Shown here: one piece after another, positions 40,283 through 47,950 of the stretch | Numbering within the stretch: position 1 is the first letter of the stretch | How the letters are laid out: each line of letters starts with the position of its first letter | From: a virus | Virus record (IMG/VR): IMGVR_UViG_3300045988_052724 | Location: 125,818-189,817 of that record | DNA: 64,000 nt | Reading direction: 5' to 3' (one strand) | Notes under the pieces: generated by a model | What the model was told of the DNA's origin: nothing | The model's input: the letters and a program-made list of their open reading frames with translations, nothing else | The model's database searches: none | Program-made: the position numbers and the translations under genes

Positions 40283-40818
40283 GGGCTTGCATGGTTTTGA
40301 CAGGCGATTACAAGTTATAAGGACGTGTAGAGTTCGTACCAACTCTTATAAAATGATACACAATTTTAAGTGGCAACACTGAAGTAAGAATGGCAGCTTA
40401 AGCTGTGGCTTATTAATATTAACGTATTAGTATAGTCGGGTTAACGGAGAAGACCTAGAAACAGAAGAGGTGTGGGAAGAAGCATATAGGGCAGCCCACT
40501 TAACTTGAACGCCAAAGGTTAGTAGAGCTGAGATTCTCCACAATGTGTATGGTAGAGACGCAAGGGCTATGCCTAAAAGTACTACTCGTTCTCCAACGTA
40601 AATGGAGTGGTGGAGAGCCGACTTCGGTCAGCCCAGGTTTGGTAGTTTGTAAATTAGCTTTAAGTGTACTGACTTCATCTATGATAAGTCTGGTTCTGAG
40701 TAAGACTAATAAAACTATCTACATGCTAGAACTCACTAGCTGATGTAATAAAAATGAGACACACGTTATCCTTGTAATAAGGGTTGTTTGGACGGCGGTT
40801 CGACTCCGCCCAAGTCCA
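40283..40818 (+). ncRNA. ssrA: tmRNA (SsrA), unusually long at about 536 nt
   Basis: The 5' strand GGGCTTG pairs with CAAGTCC at 40811-40817, giving a G3:U70 wobble (Ala identity). T-arm ggcgg-TTCGACT-ccgcc. GGTTTTGACAGG resembles the conserved GGATTCGACGGG. Candidate tag ORF GGC AAC ACT GAA GTA AGA ATG GCA GCT TAA at 40372-40401 encodes (A)GNTEVRMAA and starts about 90 nt from the 5' end. Confidence 0.75.
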
Positions 40819-40851
40819 CAAACATTATGTTTAACTAATCGACAATTTGAA

Positions 40852-41379
40852 ATGGAACAGAAAAAGAAACGAAATTACGGTAAGATGACAGCTGAAGAGT
40901 TGTCAGCTGCTGTAAATCTAGTGAAGTCTGAGAACTCTGGAGTATTCGGAGTTAAGGACATTAGAAGTGCATTTAAAGACCTAGGTGTGCCCATGTATAG
41001 CGAGTTTGCTACAACATTGGTTCAACAAGGTGTTCTCGTACAGGCAGGACTGACATATCAAGATGGATTTAGTTGGTCTAGTACAGAGCCTATTCATATA
41101 AATAAGGTAGTAGAGCTTATGACTATTACTCGTAAGAAAGTAGCTGCACAGGCAAGAAAGTATAGTCAAAAGAAGAAAGCTATACAACAAGGTACATGGG
41201 TTGAACAACCTAAAGAAACTACAGAGATTGAACAGGTACTTGAAGAAGTTCCAGTTCATGAACGTAAAGAGCTTGTACCAGTTGATAAGGCTATTAATAA
41301 GGCTATTAAATTATTAACCGAGAATGGTTATAGAGTCTCTAGACCAGTCTTAATATACGAAGAAGTAACAGTGAAATAA
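40852..41379 (+). CDS. Hypothetical protein, 175 aa
   Basis: ORF track. AACTAATCG motif upstream. Confidence 0.45.
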   Translation: MEQKKKRNYGKMTAEELSAAVNLVKSENSGVFGVKDIRSAFKDLGVPMYSEFATTLVQQGVLVQAGLTYQDGFSWSSTEPIHINKVVELMTITRKKVAAQARKYSQKKKAIQQGTWVEQPKETTEIEQVLEEVPVHERKELVPVDKAINKAIKLLTENGYRVSRPVLIYEEVTVK

Positions 41380-41380
41380 T

Positions 41381-41632
41381 ATGAGAAGAGTATATATTCA
41401 AATTATTGACCCGATTAATGGTACATATATAAATGCACGCCATGAATACCTCAATGCACATATGCAAGTCGTAGAGTCTACTCTAAGACAGTATGGCATA
41501 CGTAGCTCAGATTGTACACTTAAAACTGTGTCTAATATCGGTAAGGAGGTTCCTGGAATGCCCAAATACTCATTGTATCAAGGGTTGGTAAATGATACTT
41601 CCAAACTAGTAAATATAACTGTTGTAGGATAA
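41381..41632 (+). CDS. Hypothetical protein, 83 aa
   Basis: ORF track. Confidence 0.4.
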   Translation: MRRVYIQIIDPINGTYINARHEYLNAHMQVVESTLRQYGIRSSDCTLKTVSNIGKEVPGMPKYSLYQGLVNDTSKLVNITVVG

Positions 41633-41952
41633 CTCCTACTGCGAAACACGAAACTGACCTGATGAGTTAGGCTACATAGTGCGCACTATGTGGTTGACTT
41701 AAACGTGTATAAATAAAAGTTGGAACCTATTACGTATAGATTGTATTCTGCCCTCTGCGGGTGGATGAGGTGCAACTCCTCAATGTAATATATAAGGAGA
41801 GAATCCTTATATCTCTTGTAGTATCTATGTATAACTTGATTAATAGTCAGCATAACAAGAGTAGGTCGTCAGTGAAATTATTAAAAGATAGATTATGTAG
41901 GTAAAGTACGCTATATAATTATCTTATTTATGTATAAATAAGATATAAAACA
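41633..41952 (+). ncRNA. 320-nt ORF-free structured leader upstream of the TROVE-like gene
   Basis: Hairpins acatagtg-cg-cactatgt, tgagg-tgcaact-cctca, taagga-gagaa-tcctta. Contains cacgaaactgacctgatgagtt. Confidence 0.35.
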
Positions 41953-43755
41953 ATGGAATTTAGTAAGAAAAAGAAAAGTCTTTTTAAGACTGAAACTCCA
42001 ACGCAGGAGAACAACTTTGTGAAGGAGGGATTGAAGCTATCGGCTGAAACTGTGAGTGGAAACGGTGCTAAGAAGTATAGCACCAGTAACGATGCATTCG
42101 TAGACAACTTCTCAATGATTGCAAACTTTAAGGCACCTCGTGATTATGCTGAGGTATCTAAAGATATGTATAAATTGTGGAGTATTAATCCGAAGAAGTG
42201 TCTGCAACTCGCTGTATATATTCGGTTGATTACTCGTGAGACTCAGATTGTTCTTCCTAATGAAACTATCACTCTGGATGTTCAGAGAGGACAAGGCTTA
42301 AAGAATGAAGGTATTATGCGTATGCTATGGTTAGCTATGCATCACAAACCTACATTCATGGCTAACATGCCTTATTTCATCGCTGCTGGTAGTTGGAAGG
42401 ATGTATTTGAAATGATGAGCCTTGATTTACAATATCATGGCTGGGAAGGAAGGAAGTTGGATTGGAATTTCATGCGTAAGGTTATCTTAGCTGGATTAGC
42501 TAATGGTCATACAAGTGAATTGGTAAAGAAATACCTGCCAACTATTCGTTCAATGAAAGAATGTAAAACTGTTGAATCACAAGCTCGTACTATTATCGGT
42601 CAGTATCTTGCTTCTTGCATCTATGGTAAAAAGAAAGACAAGAAGGCAGATAAAGAGACTGCGGATAGCCGTGCTGCACAACGTAGATACAGGAAACTTA
42701 AACAGAGTGGAACTGCTCATACTTGGCAGCAATTAATAAGTCAGAAGAAGTTGCTCGAACTGGACTTCAATACCATTCATGGACGCGCTCTGAGCCTATT
42801 GGTAGGCTCTAAGTTCTTGAAAAATCAGGGATTAGTAGAGAAGTATTCTAAGTGGATAAGTGGTCGCAAAGTGGCTAAATACACTGGATTTGTGTTCGAG
42901 TTGTTCCAACCGCTTGGTGAAAGCTACCGTACTAATAGGCTTGAAGAGTATAGAGAACAGACTATCAATGCTCAGTTTAATGGGCTAGTTGAGACTGGAA
43001 GACAGAATCTTAACCAGAACAGCAAGCTGTTAGTGGTTAGAGATATTTCTGGTTCTATGACCTCTAAGGCAGTTGGAACCAATATGTCTTCTTATGCTAT
43101 TGGTAAAGCAATGGCATTATATTTCTCTGCTCTGTTGGATGGTCCATTTAAAGATGCCTATGCTACATTTAGTAGTACTTGTAAGCTCTGTACATGGAAG
43201 GGTAAGACTCCTATTGAGAAATGGGCTAACGACACAGATGGTAACTTTGGTAATACCAATTTACTATCTGTGGCAGATATGTTCGTTAAGCTGAGAAGCA
43301 CAATGAAGATTTCTGAGAACGAGTTCCCAACAGGAGCATTGTTGGTTAGTGATGGTGAATTTGATGCAGCTCGTAGTTGGGGTGGCTCAGGTGCATCCGT
43401 TACTAATTTTACTGCATTCAGACAAAGACTACTTAGAGGTGGTTTCAGTAAGGAGTATGTGGATAACTTTAAGTTAATCCTTTGGGATTTACCTAACGGT
43501 TATTATGGTGGAGGTCTTCGTCCTAAGTTTGAAGACTTTGCAGATGCTCCGAACAATTTCTATATCAGTGGCTATGACCCTGCTGCTGTAGCATTTATCT
43601 TGGGAACTAAACCATTCAAGGCTACACCTAAGAATGCAACAGAGTTGTTCAATGCAGCTATGGACCAAGAATTGTTAAATCGCCTTGTTGTGTCTGAACG
43701 AAAGGTGGTCAACAAAACTAAGAAGAATACAAACTTTAAAAAGAATAAGAAATAA
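41953..43755 (+). CDS. DUF2828/TROVE-like domain plus vWA domain protein, 600 aa (Ro60-like architecture)
   Basis: The N-terminal T.SGNGAKKYSTSNDAFVDNF...LW..NP...LQLAVYIRLITR...G.G.K.EG...LWLA pattern matches recalled DUF2828 proteins. vWA MIDAS VVRDISGSMTS lies near residue 362, as in Ro60. Confidence 0.55.
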   Translation: MEFSKKKKSLFKTETPTQENNFVKEGLKLSAETVSGNGAKKYSTSNDAFVDNFSMIANFKAPRDYAEVSKDMYKLWSINPKKCLQLAVYIRLITRETQIVLPNETITLDVQRGQGLKNEGIMRMLWLAMHHKPTFMANMPYFIAAGSWKDVFEMMSLDLQYHGWEGRKLDWNFMRKVILAGLANGHTSELVKKYLPTIRSMKECKTVESQARTIIGQYLASCIYGKKKDKKADKETADSRAAQRRYRKLKQSGTAHTWQQLISQKKLLELDFNTIHGRALSLLVGSKFLKNQGLVEKYSKWISGRKVAKYTGFVFELFQPLGESYRTNRLEEYREQTINAQFNGLVETGRQNLNQNSKLLVVRDISGSMTSKAVGTNMSSYAIGKAMALYFSALLDGPFKDAYATFSSTCKLCTWKGKTPIEKWANDTDGNFGNTNLLSVADMFVKLRSTMKISENEFPTGALLVSDGEFDAARSWGGSGASVTNFTAFRQRLLRGGFSKEYVDNFKLILWDLPNGYYGGGLRPKFEDFADAPNNFYISGYDPAAVAFILGTKPFKATPKNATELFNAAMDQELLNRLVVSERKVVNKTKKNTNFKKNKK

Positions 43756-43757
43756 GT

Positions 43758-44549
43758 ATGATTAAGCTTAACACTTTACTTGCTAAAGTAGAACATGGTA
43801 CATCAACATTCAATAGAATGATTGGTGATTATGCTGTGTTCTTTAAGAATAAGCAAGGTATGTTTGAGGGTATCAAGAAGACCTTCAAACCGAGAGATGG
43901 CTACGCAGAAGATGCTCGTTATATGGGCACTACTAAGGTAGCTACAACTGTAGAGGAGAAGCTCGCATGGTTCGAACAGAATGCAATTCCTTATTTGAAA
44001 GACCTATTCTCTGTTGAGGCAACTAACTCTGCTGGTGCACCGAGAGTTGAATTGATAGTAGATGGTATTTCATTTGGTAAGTTGACTGCTCTTGACCTTA
44101 TGAGGCTTAAAACTATCCTAACCAGTAAGCAGCTGGAAGATATGTACGCCAATGTACCAGTGCGTTCAGATTCTGAGGTTTGGCTTGAAGGAACTGATGC
44201 AGAATATCAGGGACGTGATGTACATGAGACAGAAATGTTGAAAGGTATAACTCGTACTACTGAATCTGAGGAAGTTATCCTTAAAGACCCGAATCTTGAC
44301 CCAGCTAAGTTACCTGCTAACTATAACGCTAAGGTTACTGTTAAGAAGAAAACAGTAGAAACTGGCGATTATACATTGCAGAAGTTTACTGGCGCCTGGA
44401 CACAGAGACAACGTGCTGAATTACTGCAAAGAAGAAGTAAGATTCTTGCAGCAGTGATTGAAGCATTGAAGGTTGTTAATGATAACGAAGCACAGAGTCC
44501 GAACCTCAGTGTAGAGAAACTCATTAACTTCTTGCATCATGGTAAGTAA
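43758..44549 (+). CDS. Hypothetical protein, 263 aa, translationally adjacent to the TROVE-like gene
   Basis: ORF track. Confidence 0.45.
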   Translation: MIKLNTLLAKVEHGTSTFNRMIGDYAVFFKNKQGMFEGIKKTFKPRDGYAEDARYMGTTKVATTVEEKLAWFEQNAIPYLKDLFSVEATNSAGAPRVELIVDGISFGKLTALDLMRLKTILTSKQLEDMYANVPVRSDSEVWLEGTDAEYQGRDVHETEMLKGITRTTESEEVILKDPNLDPAKLPANYNAKVTVKKKTVETGDYTLQKFTGAWTQRQRAELLQRRSKILAAVIEALKVVNDNEAQSPNLSVEKLINFLHHGK

Positions 44550-44660
44550 GAAATAAAATATTGACTAAAGCTTTAGCTTAAGCCTCAGCATTACTAAATC
44601 CTAGATATTTAGCATAAGCATTGAGTCAAGAGCTTTAGCTTTAGCCTTATAGTGAGAAAC

Positions 44661-44918
44661 CAGTAGCTTAAATAATCAATTGATTATAAATCTGACCATT
44701 CGCAGGTTCGAATCCTGTACGCGCCTCTAAACATAATCCTTTGTTTTAAAAGGTGAGATAGAAGCATAAGAATCAACATACTAGATAAGCAGTATTGCAA
44801 GTAAGCAGCAATCAGTATGACTCTTATGTGTATGATTCTCACCTTTCTACTAACATGGCGCGTTGGTGAAGTGGATTAACACGTCAGACTAATAAACAGC
44901 ATTAGCATGAAACTACTG
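44661..44918 (+). ncRNA. Circularly permuted tRNA-like RNA with a long imperfect closing stem
   Basis: Order is tctgac (stem), T-arm gcagg-TTCGAAT-cctgt, acgcgcc, a 131-nt insert with a 9-bp stem aaggtgaga/tctcacctt, ggcgcgt, D-arm-like gtgaagtggattaacac, gtcaga. The outer ends pair as cagtag/ctactg. Confidence 0.5.
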
Positions 44919-44971
44919 AACGTTATCTCACAACTAGGGGCTATCATCGAGGATTTTCGAGTTAGTCCTTA

Positions 44972-45046
44972 GGGGGGTTAGCTTAATGGTTAAAGCACAA
45001 GAACGTTTAATTCTTGGGAGTGGGAGTTCGACTCTCCCACCCTCTG
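44972..45046 (+). tRNA. tRNA-Lys(TTT)-like, atypical (G33, two G:U pairs in the acceptor)
   Basis: Cloverleaf gggggt/accctct, D gctt/aagc, loop cgtttaa, T gggag-TTCGACT-ctccc. Confidence 0.5.
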
Positions 45047-45083
45047 CTTCTTTTCGACATAATAAGAAATAATAGTAGAATAA

Positions 45084-45109
45084 ACTACTTGTCTGTGAAG
45101 ATAGGTAGT
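45084..45109 (+). ncRNA. Conserved GTGA-capped leader hairpin, copy 1
   Basis: Apical G-TCT-GTGA-AGA-T is conserved in 3 copies, with covarying basal stems. Confidence 0.45.
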
Positions 45110-45114
45110 AATAT

Positions 45115-45208
45115 AAGGGGATACGCAAATGGTAAAGCGGCAGTCATTAGGGACTGTGGTATAATATTCTAGGTGTATACATTGAGGGTTCGATTCCCTC
45201 TCTCCTTA
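45115..45208 (+). tRNA. Class II tRNA-like gene (long variable arm), irregular anticodon loop (6 or 8 nt, contains TAG/TTA); possibly Leu-derived or a pseudogene
   Basis: Acceptor aagggga/tctcctt, T gaggg-TTCGATT-ccctc, variable arm gtata...tatac, anticodon arm cagtc-attagg-gactg. Confidence 0.4.
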
Positions 45209-45238
45209 CAATTCTTTGTAAAAATTACATTTGTCAGC

Positions 45239-45266
45239 AGTTATTGGTCTGTGAAGATAGATAACT
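45239..45266 (+). ncRNA. Conserved GTGA-capped hairpin, copy 2
   Basis: agttattgg-TCT-GTGA-AGA-tagataact. Confidence 0.45.
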
Positions 45267-45436
45267 ATTAGTAGAGCATTAAGAAATGGTTTCTATAATG
45301 GGATATAGTAATAAATTTGATTGTTACAAAATTTAACATTATTCACTTTGTAGAGTCTAAAGATTACACTATCTTTGTACTCAGAAACGTTGAGAGAACG
45401 TGATTGTGTTTGTGTTTTATTTATCCCATTGTTGAG

Positions 45437-45520
45437 GGGAGTGCGCCAGAGTTGGAGAGCTGGGGCGGACTGTAAATCCGTTGCCTTCGGGCTGAGTAGG
45501 TTCGAATCCTACCACTCCCA
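45437..45520 (+). tRNA. tRNA-Tyr(GTA)
   Basis: Acceptor gggagtg/cactccc, loop ctgtaaa, long variable arm, T gtagg-TTCGAAT-cctac. Confidence 0.85.
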
Positions 45521-45558
45521 CAACAATATCTGCTAAAGTCAAGTGCTTTGGTGAAAAG

Positions 45559-45584
45559 TGTGCTCGTCTGTGAAGATGGGCACA
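45559..45584 (+). ncRNA. Conserved GTGA-capped hairpin, copy 3
   Basis: tgtgctcg-TCT-GTGA-AGA-tgggcaca. Confidence 0.45.
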
Positions 45585-45593
45585 TTTCATCTT

Positions 45594-45665
45594 GCAGGAT
45601 TAGTACAATGGTTAGTATGTCAGACTTCCAATCTGAATATGAGAGTTCGATTCTCTTATCCTGCT
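45594..45665 (+). tRNA. tRNA-Gly(TCC)
   Basis: gcaggat/atcctgc, loop cttccaa. Confidence 0.85.
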
Positions 45666-45672
45666 CAAATTT

Positions 45673-45746
45673 GCGGGTATAGCTCAATCGGCTAGAGTAC
45701 CACCTTGCCAAGGTGGAAGTTGTGGGTTCGAATCCCATTACCCGCT
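45673..45746 (+). tRNA. tRNA-Gly(GCC)
   Basis: gcgggta/tacccgc, loop ttgccaa. Confidence 0.85.
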
Positions 45747-45754
45747 CTTCTTAT

Positions 45755-45827
45755 GGGCTGATAGTGATAACGGTAAGCACTTCTGCTTTGCACGCAGAGA
45801 GTCTAGGTTCGAATCCCAGTCGGTCCA
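45755..45827 (+). tRNA. tRNA-Ala(TGC)
   Basis: gggctga/tcggtcc with G3:U70, loop tttgcac. Confidence 0.75.
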
Positions 45828-45838
45828 CTATTTATAAT

Positions 45839-45910
45839 GGTGCATTGGTCTAATGGTCAGGATACTAGACTGTCTATCTTGGGGTACGAGTTCGATTCTC
45901 GTATGCACCG
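45839..45910 (+). tRNA. tRNA-Asp(GTC)
   Basis: ggtgcat/atgcacc, loop ctgtcta, one U:U mismatch in the anticodon stem. Confidence 0.75.
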
Positions 45911-46163
45911 CATTCTTCCCCAATCTTCCAAAGGGTGAGACGGAAGCGTTATGTTGAGGGCATCACGATAGAGAGACCTTAGTATCATGCTAACTTGAAA
46001 GCATGGAGAGCATTCGCTAATAAGGCTCTCTTAAATATTTTTAGTGAGGTTAGGTAAAGCTAGCATAGCCTAATGACAGGAATTTAGTCCATAATAGATG
46101 GAAACCAATGAAGTGAGGATTGAAGTCTTCCTTATGTCCAACTAAATTCCTTTATTCAACATC
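45911..46163 (+). ncRNA. Structured spacer (several strong hairpins)
   Basis: cttcc...ggaag, catgct-aacttgaa-agcatg, and the 11-bp aggaatttagt/actaaattcct. Confidence 0.3.
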
Positions 46164-46249
46164 GCGGATTAGAGAAGTGGTCTATCTCGCCAGTCTCATA
46201 AGCTGGAACACTCATAAGGTGTCACAAGTTCGAATCTTGTATCCGCAAC
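46164..46249 (+). tRNA. Atypical tRNA, anticodon CAT, long variable arm, C1:A72 mismatch
   Basis: cgcggat/atccgca, D gaga/tctc, ccagt-CTCATAA-gctgg, 17-nt variable arm acac...gtgt, T acaag-TTCGAAT-cttgt. Confidence 0.6.
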
Positions 46250-46264
46250 TAACTTAATGTATTA

Positions 46265-46441
46265 TGGAAGAGAAATTAGACTTAATTATTCAAAAATTAG
46301 ATGAATTGCTTGTATTAGCAAAACGTATTCATAAAGATACAGAGCCATCTATTGAGAATAATGCATCTGAATATCTTCTAAATGTATTAGGTGATGTTAC
46401 TGGCGATGTCTTAATGCAAGGTTTTACTGGTAGCAGATAAG
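46265..46441 (+). CDS. Hypothetical protein, 58 aa
   Basis: Hand translation MEEKLDLIIQKLDELLVLAKRIHK.... Confidence 0.35.
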
Positions 46442-46452
46442 GAAATTAATAT

Positions 46453-46535
46453 GTGGGATGGTGTAAGGGTAACATTCTAGGCTCATAACCTAGAGACAGT
46501 AATGCTTGTGGTGGTTCGAATCCACCTCCCGCTAC
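46453..46535 (+). tRNA. Atypical tRNA, anticodon CAT, long variable arm, U1:U72 mismatch
   Basis: tgtggga/tcccgct, ctagg-CTCATAA-cctag, 17-nt variable region, T ggtgg-TTCGAAT-ccacc. The HNH ORF starts 2 nt downstream. Confidence 0.6.
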
Positions 46536-46536
46536 T

Positions 46537-47007
46537 ATGAAGAGCAGGATTGATACATTTAATGATTCTACATTTAAGGAGATAGTTAGTTCTTCATCAA
46601 CTTGGAAAGAACTAGCGGAGAGATTTGGATATGAAAGTACCTTGTCCTCAAACCTTAAAGCTAAGATTATTCAAAGATGTAAGTCCCTAGGCATTCCTTG
46701 CTTAGAGATTGCTAAGAAGATACCTGCAAACCAAAGAACTAAAGGAGAGTTGTTTACTACATTAAAGAATTGGCAAACTGCTAGAACAGCAATTAGGAAA
46801 GATGCCCAAGCCGTATTTGATAAATCTAATATCCCAAGATGTTGTGCTGTATGTGGATATGATAAACACATTGAGATAGCACACATTAAAGCCGTAGCCG
46901 ATTTTGATGATGGTACTTTAGTTTCTGAGATAAATGATATAAATAATCTAATAGCCTTATGTCCTAATCACCACTGGGAATATGATAATGGGCTTTTAGA
47001 ATTGTAA
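46537..47007 (+). CDS. HNH homing-type endonuclease, 156 aa
   Basis: CAVCGYDKHIEIAHIKAV ... LCPNHHWEYDNG. Confidence 0.75.
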   Translation: MKSRIDTFNDSTFKEIVSSSSTWKELAERFGYESTLSSNLKAKIIQRCKSLGIPCLEIAKKIPANQRTKGELFTTLKNWQTARTAIRKDAQAVFDKSNIPRCCAVCGYDKHIEIAHIKAVADFDDGTLVSEINDINNLIALCPNHHWEYDNGLLEL

Positions 47008-47099
47008 TGATATTACTCCAGGCAATGCAGAGAATTTCTCTGTTATTAGGACTGTTGTAGTTACGAAGAGTATGAGGGGTGAAACTCATAACTCACTAT

Positions 47100-47166
47100 A
47101 AGAAAGCATACAGCAACTATTTCAGCATCAAACTTTCAATTTGACACCGCTAAAACTGCTTTCTGT
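47100..47166 (+). ncRNA. Box element (agaaagc ATACAGCAA ... gctttct GT), simple form
   Basis: Closing 7-bp helix plus the conserved box. Ends 6 nt before tRNA-Ile. Confidence 0.55.
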
Positions 47167-47172
47167 TTAGAT

Positions 47173-47246
47173 TGGGTGATGGCGCAATTGGTTAGCGCAC
47201 CTCTCTGATAAGGAGGAGGTTCTGGGTTCAAGTCCCAGTCACCCAA
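47173..47246 (+). tRNA. tRNA-Ile(GAT)
   Basis: tgggtga/tcaccca, loop ctgataa. Confidence 0.85.
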
Positions 47247-47263
47247 CATCTTGATGATAGAAT

Positions 47264-47335
47264 AAGAAGTCTAACAGCAAATTACTAATCCAACATTTGA
47301 TTGCTATTCAAATTAATGATTACAGCGACTTCTGT
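47264..47335 (+). ncRNA. Box element (agaagtc TAACAGCAA ... gacttct GT), simple form
   Basis: As above. Ends 4 nt before tRNA-Val. Confidence 0.55.
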
Positions 47336-47339
47336 AAAT

Positions 47340-47413
47340 AGTCCCTTAGCTCAGTTGGTGAGAGTATCTGGCTTACATCCAGAGGGTCGTAGGTTCGAAC
47401 CCTACAGGGACTA
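47340..47413 (+). tRNA. tRNA-Val(TAC)
   Basis: agtccct/agggact, loop cttacat. Confidence 0.85.
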
Positions 47414-47496
47414 CGTAATGCACGTGAGGCTAGCGTGACGTAGACATTCCTATCCCTGACAGCAAATATGGAATCCACATCGTAGGGTGGCGTTGG

Positions 47497-47527
47497 TACT
47501 ACAGCAAGGGTAGTGTTATCTGTAGTA
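47497..47527 (+). ncRNA. Leader hairpin tactacag/ctgtagta containing ACAGCAA
   Basis: 8-bp perfect stem. Ends 3 nt before tRNA-Asn. Confidence 0.4.
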
Positions 47528-47530
47528 ATT

Positions 47531-47605
47531 GGGGAGTTAGCTATAATTGGTTAGAGCGACGGGCTGTTAACCCGTAGGTTGTCGGTTCGAACCCGACACT
47601 CCCCT
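47531..47605 (+). tRNA. tRNA-Asn(GTT)
   Basis: ggggagt/actcccc, loop ctgttaa. Confidence 0.85.
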
Positions 47606-47687
47606 CAACCTAGCGAGGTTTCACGTACTAATATGTACACAAAAGAGAACTTCTACGTAGATTTGTTGTGAAACAAGTCTACTATAT

Positions 47688-47759
47688 GCGTCGGTGGCAT
47701 GACTGGGAAGCAACGCTCTCCAAAAGCGTGATATGGGGGTTCGAATCCCTCACGGCGTG
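47688..47759 (+). tRNA. tRNA-Trp(CCA), weak D-arm
   Basis: acgct-CTCCAAA-agcgt, T ggggg-TTCGAAT-ccctc. The acceptor has wobbles. Preceded by the 11-bp GTGA-capped hairpin gtagatttgtt/aacaagtctac. Confidence 0.65.
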
Positions 47760-47777
47760 CAGCGATTAGTTATCAAT

Positions 47778-47849
47778 AAGAAGACTTACAGCAAACAATT
47801 ATGATTATAGCAGTATTTTGGACCGCAAATATCAACAATAGTCTTCTGT
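47778..47849 (+). ncRNA. Box element (agaagac TTACAGCAA ... gtcttct GT), simple form
   Basis: Ends 5 nt before tRNA-Pro. Confidence 0.55.
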
Positions 47850-47854
47850 TAAAT

Positions 47855-47928
47855 TGGGAGGTAGGACAATGGGCTAGTCTACTACATTTGGGATGTAGAG
47901 GTTGCGAGTTCGAATCTCGTCCTCCCAA
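47855..47928 (+). tRNA. tRNA-Pro(TGG)
   Basis: tgggagg/cctccca, loop tttggga. Confidence 0.85.
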
Positions 47929-47950
47929 CACATTTATGGTTAAGTTATAT

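Noticed and set aside
40543-40743. 66-aa ORF.
   Set aside because: It lies entirely inside the tmRNA pseudoknot region.
41641-41672. Hammerhead-ribozyme-like strings (CGAAAC ... CTGATGAG).
   Set aside because: Only 12 nt separate GAAAC from CUGAUGA, so two helices cannot fit between them. No GAAA follows the downstream hairpin. The strings fit a 23S-like motif better.
44934-45738. Minus-strand ORFs 44934-45128 and 45421-45738.
   Set aside because: They run antisense through four to five tRNA genes, and their composition is driven by tRNA sequence.
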